DNA of 64,000 nucleotides from Kudoa neothunni (lineage: Eukaryota; Animalia; Cnidaria): the NCBI GenBank assembly GCA_964304625.1, contig OZ199838.1, forward strand, positions 3,712,275 through 3,776,274, read 5' to 3'. This document shows, one piece after another, positions 40,312 to 52,728 of the stretch. A model generated the notes under the pieces. It did not search any database. It worked only from the letters and a program-made list of their open reading frames with translations, and was not told the origin of the DNA. A program made the position numbers and the translations under genes. How positions within the stretch are numbered: position 1 is the stretch's first letter; the number at the start of each line of letters is the position of its first letter.

Positions 40312-40926
40312 ATGAGTGAAAAGGGGGTTTGGGTTAAGCCTGCAAAAAGAACCACTAGACGACTTAGAGATTTGCTTACTGAGGAGGAACTGTCAATCCT
40401 TGAAAACAATGGTCTATTTTATCTAGATTCTCGTTGAATGTTCTGACTCGTTTGTTTATGTGAAGAACCTGTTGTAACTGTGGCACCAGTTAAAGTGATA
40501 CCTAAAAAAATCACAAGAGCTTCAAATAGAAAATTTAAAGATTTGGACATTGACAACAAATTTGACACATTACCAGTGAAAGCAAAACGACTTTCTAATG
40601 TTGATCGTGATGATGCTGCAAAACAAGAAGCCACACCACAAACAACCTCCAAAAATGCCACCACCCCATCAAGCCATAAACCTCGAGGTAGGCCGGCCAA
40701 AATCAAAAAACCTGTTGAAACTCCCAAAAAATCCAGCAAAAAGGTAGCTGATTTTTTTGAGTTGTTCATTTTATAACGATAAAAATTGTAGAAATCTGCT
40801 GCTAAGGCGATGGATGATTTGGATGTACTTCCTCAGCGTCAGGTTGACTCCTGGGTGTATGTATGTGTAGCATCGTTGATGCTGTTGATTTTGATCTTGG
40901 TTATTGCTGCCTACTTTAGAAAGTAA
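40312..40926 (+). CDS. Orphan ~170-aa Lys/Thr/Pro-rich protein with an AT-hook-like motif and C-terminal transmembrane anchor (exons 40312-40411, 40466-40743, 40792-40926)
   Basis: Two GT-AG introns (54 and 48 nt) join three frames without stops. Contains KPRGRPAK and ends WVYVCVASLMLLILILVIAAYFRK*. Confidence 0.75.
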
Positions 40927-41688
40927 TATGGTTATTTTTGGTGTGATCTATTGTTGATTTGTTTTAGTTTTAATGAATCTTCTTTTTTCCATAAATAACA
41001 ACTTAGTACGTACGTAATAACTGTTAGTATGTGCATGCTGTGACGTGTTACATACAAAGTCCTACGTTTGTGCAATCTTTCATTTTTTCAGTTCTTATTT
41101 TTGGAATGGTGGAAGGACCAATTCTTTTTCTGTTATTATTATTATTGTTGATAGACTTTGTGTGAATGGTGTGCTTAATGCAATTTTTTTCTTTTTGGAA
41201 GTCAAAGATATTAGAGGAGCAAGTTAACATTGTGTTCCCGCATCAAAAACAAAATTAACATCAGCCTTTGTGCAATATTTTAGAAACCACAGTTAATATT
41301 TGATTAATACTTTAATATTCCATGGATTATTTTTAGTGTGGTCAAATAAACGGATTGGACTTTCACGCATACTCACTCGTTGGTGTTTAATATGTTATTG
41401 CGTGATACCTAAATATTAACAGGTTGTTTATGCATCTTATTTATTGGTTATTTTTAACGGGAAAATAATACAAATACCTACTGTTCAGTTAACAAAAATC
41501 TCTAAATTTCGACCAGTTTTTGAATCGGGCTAAGTCGGACTCTTGTAAAAACTCGACCTTGATCACATACACGTCTAAAGTTTTATTAATTCAACGAGTG
41601 TGCTATTTAAAATTGTTATGAACATTTTATCATTTAACGTACTAAGCTAATGTGAAAAATGAAATGATAAAAATTGATATAGGACATA

Positions 41689-42842
41689 AAGTAGGTGACG
41701 GCTCGTGGGCACTAGCCATGATTTAATGATTTACACAATATTGTTACTAATTAAAATAAATCAAATAGAAGCATAACAATTATAATAAATTGTTTAAACC
41801 GTAGTTTTTGTTTTAATTCGCTATATATAAGAATTAGCTCAAATTTACCACTCGTGGACACTTCAAGTGAACCAAGAAGTTACGTTCTATGCTATGAGAG
41901 ATAAAATGGATATAATGCCATATTATGAAAGATTATGAAAGATTATCGAATGGGGATCACAGATAAACTAAAACTCTGAATTATTTTCACTTAAAATATC
42001 TATCCTCTTTAAATAGGATTTTGGGTAATAAAGAATCTATTATGAAGTCTCATAATGGAATGAAAATAATAAAAATTTACTATTTCTATGAATGATGCTC
42101 TAATTTATTTGAGAAAAACGTACAAATCTTTCAGAATACGAAATTATCAAATGTTATCTACATTCATAGATCTAGAAACGACGATTTACGATTCAAGAAT
42201 GTCAAAGCTTTACCAATAAAATATTAACAATCTTTCCAAGACAAAATACAACTAATAAATATGCTAAAAACTTTTAATTATATTTTATTGAGTATATTAA
42301 TTAATTTTATTAAATTATGCATATCAATATATATTAAATTTATCTTGATTATTAACTCTTACTCCTACTTCTCATGAGTACAGAAAATAATTTGTTTGTT
42401 ACATAACACCTCCTTAAGATATAATGATTCATCAAGAAAGTTTTCTGCATGTTTATATTTGAAATCGTCCAAACCTTTAAGATTAAAATAAAATTAATTT
42501 TGATTGTAATAAAATTTGATGTATGAATTTCATTTATTATTTTTTTTAATTTTTGTTGACAGAAATCATTGGTTTTATCATCACGTTGTCTAAATGGTTT
42601 GTTTCTACAGATTAAAGTCAAGGATCGACTAGATTAATCGTATCTAATCTTTACATGATTGCTATAAGAACATTTTATTTTATTAATATATTTTTGAACA
42701 TAAATGCAAACATAGTGATAAATAAGAGAGACTAAATTGCAAGAACCCACATAAAATTTTGCTTTGTTCGCATGCATCATGACGGCTCGAGGACACCTCG
42801 AACCCAATTCCCATTTTAGTGCCCATGACCCGTCACCTACTG
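41689..42842. mobile_element. Non-autonomous Tc1/mariner-type element
   Basis: TA|AAGTAGGTGACGGCTCGTGGGCACTA ... TAGTGCCCATGACCCGTCACCTACTG|TA (26-bp TIR, 3 mismatches). No intact ORF. Confidence 0.8.
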
Positions 42843-44165
42843 TATTTAGCACAAAAATTTCTTATTTTTCTTTGTCAAAGTTATATTTTTAACTTTATTA
42901 AATAACAAGGTGCTTTTACGTTTATTCTTTTTTAGTTTATATATTTTTTATACTCAAAAACGTAGCTTTACGTGTATACTATATTGAAAAGTTATTCAAC
43001 TAAATATTTCTTAATGTGATATCAAATATTTTAGTTTATAGGAATCATTAAATTTCTTTAAGGGAAAAGTAACGTGCAATATTGTTTAAAAAATTATTTC
43101 TAAGTGAGATTTTTATTCTAAAACTCCCCCCCCCCCCCCCAAATAGACAAATTATTCTTTCTAATAAAATGATGTTCGAACACATATAGAAAGGATTTAT
43201 CAGAACAGTTCATGTTGAGGAAAGAAACAGAGAAGAAATTCTGGAGGAAGAGTCGTTGAATCTGATTGGACGGTCGTAATCTAATGAGAAACTTATATAA
43301 TCCATCGTATTACAACCCAAAAATATTTATCCTATATTTCATTTTTGTTATTGCAATGGGTGGCTCGCAATTTCTAAGATTGTACGTGCGATAATATGGA
43401 AGAAAAAATGCTATAAATCAACTACAGTCGATGACCAATAATTCGCAAAGCCCTCGGGGTCGGGGGAAATTACAAATAAACCCTCTCTGTCCGGAATGCG
43501 GTCTGCGTGGACCCCAAATCTGACTAATTTGAACCTAACTTTAGATAGATAAATCTAAACCATCCGTAAATTTAGGAATTGCCCTAAAAATTTACAACAC
43601 TTGGAATGGCATAAAAAATCCATCTTAAAAAATTATTATCGGCTAATTTTAATGATTTCTGTGCCTTCAGAAACAAAAATATGTTTCGTTTTTAAGAAAA
43701 ACACACACGTACTGAGAAAATTTATTTTTCTCTTATACTTGTAGATTTAAAGATTTAGAATGTAATATTTAATTGAGTAAATGATGAAACTTTGCTTATT
43801 ATAAAATTTCACCCTGGATTACCGAATCTTAATCCCGAAGTAATTTATCTAATTTCATATTTACTTTTCGTTACTGTAAACTTGTCGCTAGAGAGATGTA
43901 AGTAGTTCCTCAGTAAAACTTTTAATTTTAATCCTTTTTAAGGAGAATCAATGAGGTAGTTTAAATATAGTGGATTTTTTTTTGTTTTACTTAACTTTAT
44001 AATTATGAAAACCTACTTCTTATATTATTAAATCTAATGGGGAAACTTTTTAAAACAGAGCAATACAGTGAAAGTTTAAAATTACATAACAGAAATAACA
44101 CAACAAATCTAGTTTTCTAATAACAAATTAGTTCTAATAAAAAGAACGTATAAATCAAATATCAA

Positions 44166-46320
44166 GTGTTAAAGTTTAGAATGTCCCCGAACCACATAAA
44201 CTTATTATTTTACGAATAATTGTCACATTTATAATAAAAATTATAAATTAAATTTATAGCATTAATAATCTGTTTTAATACAGTATTTCAAGACCAAAAT
44301 CCAACGTGGTCGGATCATAATTCATCACAGCTTAACGTCACAAAAAGAAAATATGTTTCCTTAGACGACACAAAGAAAGAAATTATCATTAGGTTATCTA
44401 AAGTATATAGCGCTAGTTAATCTGTATTCGAGAGATGTTAAGGAAAATTATACCTATGGCCGGATAGCTACAACAGTTGGCGTTCATAAATCAACAATTT
44501 CACGGCTCCTAAAAAAAGAATTCGAAGGTGATGAGGTCGATGTAGAATGCATTCCTAAGAAAAGAAGTGGGGACAGGAGGTCAAAATTGACAATTGCCCC
44601 TAAGTCATATATCCTTAGCTTAGTGAATGAAGATTGCACAATTACATTAGACTCAATCGCCAAGGAACTACAAGAAGAACATAATATCGTTGTTTCAAAA
44701 CAGACTGTTGCTAATTGTTTAAACCAGTTTCATTACACTCTCAAAAAAATTTCAATTGTACCGATTGCGGGTTATTCTCAGGATTGCATATCAAAACGCA
44801 AAAAGTGTTTTTATTAATTAACAGTAAACGTTATATTTATTAGTTATGTTTTAGAATATCTGCAATGTAAACCACTCCATTTTCCTGTAATTTACATTGA
44901 TGAGTCTGCTTTCTCACTTTCTATGAGACGAACATTTGGAAGGTGGCCCCGTGAATTAACAAGTTTTCTATACTTTTATAGAAAAACTTCTTGATGATTT
45001 AGCGAACGATGAAATTCAAAGCGCGTTGTTAATTATGGACAATGTAAGGTTTCATTAAACCGATCTTACTCGACAAAGAATTGATTTAAGTGGACACAAA
45101 CTTTTGTTTCTGCCTCCGTATTCACCATTCCTCAACCCTATAGAGGAATTCTTTCACCAAGCAAAATCAATTGTCCGAAAAGAAGCGCCCACAAATACTG
45201 ATGAAATAACACCTCCCCAACTTCAAAATTATTCTAATCACGCAGAGTCGTATTTTCCAAGATGTTTAAATATGGAAGAAATAGAAAACTAATACTTATA
45301 TGCGTTTAATTTATTAATCCATTTTGATTCGACGTTGTTGCATTTTGATCCGACACAGGTGCATTTAGTTCTTGAAATACTGTACTATGGTGTTATGCAC
45401 TCTTCTGAAGCACCACTCATCTATTCTATATACGATGATATCATCGATTTTTTTTATTGATGATGCTTCGATATTTTCGTTTGAACGCGCTCCATATACC
45501 TTTGATTCGGTTGGTATGGGCACCTTCAGACGACACAAACTCTTTTTCATGGACTACAATTTCGTGAATATAACCTAGAGCACTTAGAGGGTTGTAGCCA
45601 CACCATCCATCGGAGTGGATGATGGATCCTCTTTCAGCATAGGTAATGATAATATTTTCAAGAGTCAAATCGTCTCATTTTTCGGTTTCAACCATAACAA
45701 CCTTCTGATTCTCATCCACGCCTCCAATTATCCATATGCTTTCATTTTATGGGATTCTCCCTATTCCGAATTTTCTTTTGCAGATTTGACTCTCGTCAAT
45801 CTGCACGCTTATTCCAGGGCAGTCAATTTTTATTGGATTCCGAATAAAATAATCTAAGCAAATATCTCGCATAAAGTTTTTACAATCAACAGCTGTTGCA
45901 GCAGATTTAATACCACATTATTCCATCAAAAACTCTTGATTGCAAGCTCTTTTGCTCCAAAAATATATTATCTTTAATATTTTGTATAATTGTAGTTTTG
46001 ACTGGTAAGAAATGCTCCAAATCGAATTGATTTTTCTTTTTGGCATATTTTAACGTAACATCTAGAGCTAAATCCATCGGCACTTTTCTTTCTTGAATTA
46101 AGTTTCATTGTTGCACTACGATCACCGACTCTTCTTCTCGGGACAAGATATATATATATGGTAAAAAATCAATTTGATTATTTTTGAAGTAACAAATGTC
46201 CTCAAAAGTGCGGTTGTTTAAATTCTCGGCGGTATAAATGTCAGGTAACATTATTCGAGAATTACCGAATGTGTCTACCCAAATTTTCTCGACGGCCGGG
46301 TACATTCTAAACTTTAACCC
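44166..46320 (-). mobile_element. Merlin (ISXO2-like) element, degraded, interrupted by an IS630-like element
   Basis: TIRs G(T/G)GTTAAAGTTTAGAATGT(C/A)CCCG at both ends. Motifs IHSDGWCGY, VVHEKEFV, HTNRIKGIWSAFKRKYR. The C-terminus reads through the IS630 site (HNTIV|LKQIINAINLIY). No clear TSD. Confidence 0.8.
44281..45382 (+). mobile_element. IS630/Tc1-like element, internally deleted, intron-containing transposase pseudogene
   Basis: TA|CAGTATTTCAAGA ... TCTTGAAATACTG|TA; HTH, YIDES, IMDNVRFH, FLPPYSPFLNPIEEFF. Introns 44403-44442 and 44805-44843. Confidence 0.88.
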
Positions 46321-47173
46321 AGAGCATCTTATAATCTTATAAATAGTTGAAAAATTATTCAAAGCATGACACTAAGAAATTAAAGACTATTCAGACAGTT
46401 TTTTTATGGAGTCCGGACAGATCCCATCGGAACGGATGAATTTTTTAATCGCGCCGTACAGGAAGGGTTAAAACAAGAGGAATAACAAATTTCTTGTTGG
46501 AAAAATAATTGTCCAAAACTATCATATTTATTTTCAAAATACTCTGTGAACAATAAAAAAAATTATTACGAAAATTTTTTACATCTCTCTACTAAAGTTA
46601 TTATTAGTGCAACGAGAGAGTAAATAGAAAAAACAGAAAAAGTGGTCGAACACCCACCGAATTTTCCCTACATGCACATGCACAGGCACCAAAACATGGA
46701 TATTAGCTAATGCAGGGTTATTACGCATTCGAGTCTTTGTTCCAAAAAGGGTGTAGTATCCCTGCACAACTGTATTACACCAACGGAAACTTTCGAGCAA
46801 TCGACGAAGAATACCGCGTTGGATTAGATGAGGTATTAGTTGAAGATTTTCTTGGAAATTTGTCGATGGAATTTTTTTGGGCGTCACCTGAACTTGTATT
46901 TTATCCAAATTTTTGATATGTGGTACGTTTAATAAATACAAGAAAATAGCGTAAATTTCAAGCTTCTATGAGAAGGTTGTAAAATTTTATGCCCACATTA
47001 GGCTTAATTTGGGTTGTAATATACTCCCAATCCGTTAGAGGGTTTATGTCCTAACTCAGTTTTTATTTCTGCCCCCCCCCCATTTCGCCACAAATTGAAA
47101 ACTAAAATCTCAACGCAACTGAAATATTACGAACCACATGTCACTACAGAATAATCCATAAAAACATGATTAA

Positions 47174-49385
47174 CCCTCTAAGAGCTCAAAATTTTACATA
47201 CACCAAGTCATTTTGGGGTATAAATACACCCCATATTTTTTTGGATAAAACTAATAATAATAAAAAAATTGTTAATTTAGGATAATTCTATCGAATAAAT
47301 TTGGTGTAATTAGCCACAAATTGTTTAAACTTTAAATTGTTGTTGGCACATGTGCATTAAGTTATAGATGTCTCTATTTTGAATATTTATTAAATTTACC
47401 CCTTATTTTTTCATCACACTACGCTTAAGTTACAGATAAATAATCATAGCGCCTATATATCAAAAACAAACATGTATAATACTCCTAAACGTCAAGACAA
47501 TAGAATCCTAGTGTTAATGATTCAAACATATCTTACAAATACATTTTGAGTGGAGCTTACAACAAAGGGAAGAACATATGTCACATCTAACTGTTGTTTT
47601 TCTATCTTTTTTTTAATACAAAATCGATATATTGAATAATTGCTGTTGATTGATGAATCTCTGGATGTATTTAACGGGTTGACTGGTATCACGTTTTGGT
47701 TTTTCCTTGAAACTAATAACTAATGGATCAACTAACTGTCGAGCCAGCATATTTTATTCATCCCTCCACACAAGATTTGACGAATTAAATATACGTTTTT
47801 GTAAATACAAAAAGGGTTGATAAATGAAATGTCCAACATATTAAAAAACGACGTGTGATCCTTTTCACACTCACGGATATTAACAGTATATCATTCGTAT
47901 CAACTCCACCTTTTATAGCGTTATAATAAACTATAACGTCAGGTTTATGTGGTGGTTCTGTCGTTGTATGAATGGAATGTTGGTCATCGAAGAACAAAGT
48001 ATACAGATTGGTTTATTTTTGCGAGGCAGGTATCTTAATATCATTTTTTTCCGTGAAAAACAAACAGGGAAGAATTAAGTGGGCTATTTTTTTAGGCCGC
48101 AAGTAGGTAGGGATTTCCCTTTTAATTGAGCGCATCGTTCCAACTACCGTAATTCTTTTCTCGAGTAAATCGTCGGCCAGCTCAACGTAGGTAAAAAACT
48201 TGTCACACACTAAATTCCTCCCTGAACCATAAAATCGTTCTAATAGCTGTAAAACAATATTTTTTCCAACGTTAACTGCTCTAACAGCTTCATTATTTCG
48301 TTTCCCCAAATACACACTTATCTTAGACACAGGTTGATTCAGGGTCGACCAACAAAAAAAAACTTGACTCCGCACTTGGCTGGCTTCGACGACATATACT
48401 GCTTGAATTTGCAGAGATCTCCTAAAGGACGAAAGTTTCGAATGAGTAAATTATCCCAAATATTTCATAATTTGCGGATATGGCAAAATATATCGGTTTC
48501 CATATCGTCAAAATGGAGAGATATTATTATTTGTCTAAATCGATTCAAAGTAAATAAATCGAGGTAAATCTTCCTCCTTTCACCTAGGCCAAATAGTTCC
48601 GAAATAGATTCTTGATTATCCCTATAAACGCCCATCAACAAACCACATCCGATAAAACAATCCAACTCTATTTGGTCTGACTCTGTACACATATTGTCGA
48701 AAATGTGTTCTCCGCATTGATTGGTGTATTTCAAAACAATTTCATACATTTCTTCGTTAAAAAAATACTCGAAACGAATCAGTTGCATTATTTACATTTG
48801 GATGTATCCAAGGAGCAACACCGATGCGATTATAGATTGTACATCGTGTTTTCGGCTGCTATTCTAATGGGTAAGGGAGGTTCAGTCTCCCATAAAATTC
48901 TACTTTTATCTAAAAGTGAATTTATCTGGATATTTAAATCAGCATAGTAACCATCTGATGAAATATCATCCGTACGAAAATAATCATTGTCTGATGAATC
49001 AGTATCAGAGCAGCTCCCACTATAATAACCTAGACTCATTCGAAAGTAAATAGTTCCGCGGAATCGTGAAAATAAATAAAAAGTAATGTTTGTTGATTTA
49101 CTCAAAATTTTTTCGATAAAATTTTCGCAAAACTTGCAAAAAATCTATTTTATATAGTTTTATCCAAAAAATGTGGGGTATATTTATACCCCAATTTTCG
49201 TTGAAAGGTATAATAAAGATAATTTTTTCCCTAATTATACAAAATAAAATTTAAAGTTAAATTTTAGTAAAAAAAATATTTTTGAATAAGAAAAGCTCGT
49301 TAAAGAATTCTTGATATTTTATGTGGTAAAAAATTGAAGCCTAAAATCGTTTGGTATATAAACATGCTCCATATTTTTTAATGGG
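47174..49385 (-). mobile_element. piggyBac element (PGBD4-like transposase pseudogene)
   Basis: TTAA|CCC ... GGG|TTAA; palindromic subterminal GGGGTATA..TA(C/T)ACCCCA at both ends. Fragments RFRQIIISLHFDD, GSGRNLVCDKFFT, VGTMRSIKREIP, YYNAIKGGVDT. Confidence 0.85.
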
Positions 49386-50069
49386 TTAATTAATTTAAAA
49401 ATATTTATTTATATTCTCAATGGTCAGATACACGTTATTAAATAGTTTAAGAAATAAATGACTTATTATAGTCTTTTGTGTACGTTAATTTTGTAATATT
49501 GTTTCAAATGACGAACTACACGTCACCCATTCTATATTTAATATTTTTTGATATATTTTATAAACACAAGATTTGTATGTTTTTTCTAGCATAAGAATAA
49601 AAACAGTCATCTATTTGATGCGCAGTAAAGGCTTAAACTAATTTTCTTTATTTTGCTTGGGAATAAATCACTCGGAGTTGGAACACTCTCCTAGAACTGA
49701 TTATGGTCTAAGTCTGAGGTTACGCTGTAGCCACTATTCTGCATTGTAACATAAAATAGGAGCATGATTGTAATAATATTTTTAAAAACTGCCAAGGTCT
49801 TAATGTCAATGATCCCACAATAACAGTTGACGAATACTGTATTAACCCCATTAAAATTTGTAATTTTAATCTAAGAAACAAGATTTCGATTAAACATATT
49901 ATTATACTACGTTCAATTCTTATTTTTCATATAGAAATAATTAGTTCAGCCTAAATGTGTCAAATATAATAAAAACGCTGCAAAAAAAGAGAAAATTCAG
50001 TATTCTTGACGTGAAGTTCACTAAAATAAATCAAAAATGAGCTTGAGTTCAACTTACACTGTGTTACAA

Positions 50070-51137
50070 TTAACTGTAAGGAAGAACGTGATTCATCCCT
50101 TGAGTTGGGGCTTTGTTTCGGTATATTTTGATTCGATTGAGATGAACATTAGTGTCGACATTATCTTTGTCAAGTACATCAAACAAATGCTCAAATACAA
50201 CGTCTGTCGCGACTAAATTTTAAAATTCTAGTTATTTGTTACATTGGCTACATTCACCTTCAATGTTGTGTGCATTTAACATAACATCAGCGTATTTCTT
50301 AGTCTATATAGCCGCAATAAATAAAATTATTGAGGAGGGATAAGTCATCATACCGGCAAGCAATAATCTTCATAGGAGGGTTTCGCAAACCGATGATAAT
50401 AACTGAGTGTGGTTTCCAGACTACGTTTCATATCTTGATTATCCCTTAACACTATGAATAATTCATTATTATTGTCAACTACAACCTCCTCAACTAAAAA
50501 GTATACCTCGTGTACAAAGAGCTACTTCACTATCGCTCAAAATAAATATTTTTAGATCAAGCAATTCCCGTATACATTCATGTTTCAGAACAAGAATTCC
50601 TTCCACCAACACAAGATCAACTTCCGACGACACAATCTCATATTGGCTTGAACTAGTGAGGATTAAATTATTAACACATTCACGAAAATCACAAAAATAC
50701 GTTAAATGAGTCTTCAAGTTAATCTCATTAATGGTTACATTTTGATTGTTTTTTATGCGCTGTAGGGTCTTTAGAAATAATTCAGTATCGAAGGCATCTA
50801 CGCAAACAAGAGATTTAAATCTCCAACTTAACCTATGTAATAACCTCACCAGGATGATCAAAATTAAATTCATTATTCTTTATTTGTTCCATTTGCTGTT
50901 CATCCAATTTTTTGTAAAAGCATTCCTGACTTAGAATCACAACCTTTTTGGGTTGAGCGTTGGGTGAATTGGGATCTTCATTGTGCACCTGTTCAAAACG
51001 TTTCTTGATGCTTTCGCACAAAAACATCTAATTTGTGCAAACTGAGCATCAATAACGATCATTTAACAAACCTTTTTTGAGCATGGCCCTCCTCCTACTC
51101 CAACTATAAATGGCATATTTGTGTTCGCCTTAACCAT
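50070..51137 (-). CDS. Uridine-cytidine kinase-like protein with degenerate catalytic motifs (probable pseudokinase), 7 exons
   Basis: Spliced product MVKANTNMPFIVGVGGGPCSKK|MFLCESI...VVILSQECFYK...FNFDHP|DAFD...LVEGILVL...LLDLKIF...R|VLRD...KPSYEDYCLP|TKKYADV...; all introns GT-AG, open frame to TAA at 50070-50072. Confidence 0.88.
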
Positions 51138-51360
51138 GTAAATCTATGAGGTGAATATGAAGCAATACTTTTTGATAATTATTAAATTGTATGTCTAATT
51201 ATATAACAAATTTTGATAGATTCAAAAATAATAAATTCTTCTAGAATGTTAAGTAAACTCACACCTGCAAGATACTCTTAAATTTCGTCTGACATCGCGT
51301 TAATTCGTAAGATAATCACGGCCACCTTTATCATGGTTAATCCCTACAGACTTTTTTTAA

Positions 51361-52606
51361 CCCTAGAAAGCTCACCAAAAATGGTTACACAAAGGTTGAA
51401 TGGTCCCCTTTTTGATCCATGTATAAATTGATCATATTGAATCATCTAATTATCGTCAGATATTTTCTATTGACTATATAACTATAAAGAATAAACAATA
51501 TTTTTTATTCTAATTTTAGGAATTCATAAACTATAAATATCTGTGGAGAGTGATTTTTGTGATATTTAGCTATTCATCGAATCTTTTAATTCTTTATCAT
51601 AAATTAAAATTAATTTGAAAGAAACAAAACTTTAATGAATCGAAAAAATTTCTTGTAAATCATAATATACGATATTGATAAGGGGACCTAAATAAACATG
51701 ACGTAATGCTGGTTGTCGCGTGTTTAAAAGGAGATTAAGTTTTATACACTACGAGATCTGTAACGACTGGAAATAATACGTTTGATTTCGATAGCTTCCA
51801 TTCTGAAACATATTTCAACATTAAATCGTGTTTCAAATAATCTGATCATAATATATAGAAATTTTGGAACGACAAAAATGATAACCTGTGGTTGGATGGT
51901 GACCATGATTCCATGGAAAAAAATTCAAGGCCTTACTCTGTAAATTATATATCTTCGCAGTTTTTATTACTTTATGGTGAATTATTTGGAAAAAATATTC
52001 GTTTTTATTCTGTGTTATTATTTGAATAATTATGATAATTACTAATCTTGTATGTATAAAACATACTCTCCTTTTTGAACATTCGACAACTAAAATTACA
52101 TCGTGTTTATTTAGGTCTCATTATCAATATTGTATATTATGATTTACAAGAAATTTTTTCGATTCATTAAAGTTTTGTTTCTTTCAAATTAATTTTAATT
52201 TATGATAAAGAATTAAAAGATTCGATGAATAGCTAAATATCACAAAAATCACTCTCCACAGATATTTATAGTTTATGAATTCCTAAAATTAGAATAAAAA
52301 ATATTGTTTATTCTTTATAGTTATATAGTCAATAGAAAAATACTTTACGATAATTAGATGACTCAATATGAACATTTTATACTTGGATCAAAAAGGAGCC
52401 TATTGAGGCTTTTCGTAACTTTTTGAAAAATCTGATAAAAAACATACATAGGATGAATAAAAGTTTTTCACTACTGTAAATATAATTACATAAAATTCAT
52501 GCTATAATTTGTATAACATAAATATTGCTATATAGAATATCCTTATAATTTTCTAAGTATTTAATTTAATTTTGGACCAAAAAGAGACCCGCTGAGCTTT
52601 CTAGGC
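51361..52606. mobile_element. Non-autonomous piggyBac-type element with a long internal inverted repeat (foldback-like)
   Basis: TTAA|CCCTAGAAAGCTCA ... TGAGCTTTCTAGGC|TTAG. Internal arms ~51400-51707 / ~52095-52405, with a perfect 208-bp core 51463-51670 / 52132-52339. Confidence 0.85.
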
Positions 52607-52728
52607 TTAGACAAAACAAAACATAATCTAAGCTTATGTATTTTAATATTGATAATGACAAAAGTTAATATTATTGCTGTATTTTTGAGACATTAAAGAA
52701 CTAAATGTTAGATTTTAACCCTCTAATG

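Larger units (their letters stand above)
43481..46467. mobile_element. Non-autonomous piggyBac shell hosting nested Merlin and IS630-like elements
   Basis: TAAA|CCCTCTCTGTCCGG ... CCGTACAGGAAGGG|TTAA (11/14 TIR match); GGTC..GGACCCC-type subterminal motifs at both ends. Confidence 0.6.

Noticed and set aside
43126-43140. Poly-C tract (also ~47072-47081, and poly-G near 13440)
   Set aside because: Isolated homopolymers with no associated structure; not interpretable.
46750-46765. U2 snRNA branch-pairing motif GTGTAGTATC
   Set aside because: The flanks lack U2 stem I, stem II and an Sm site; chance match.
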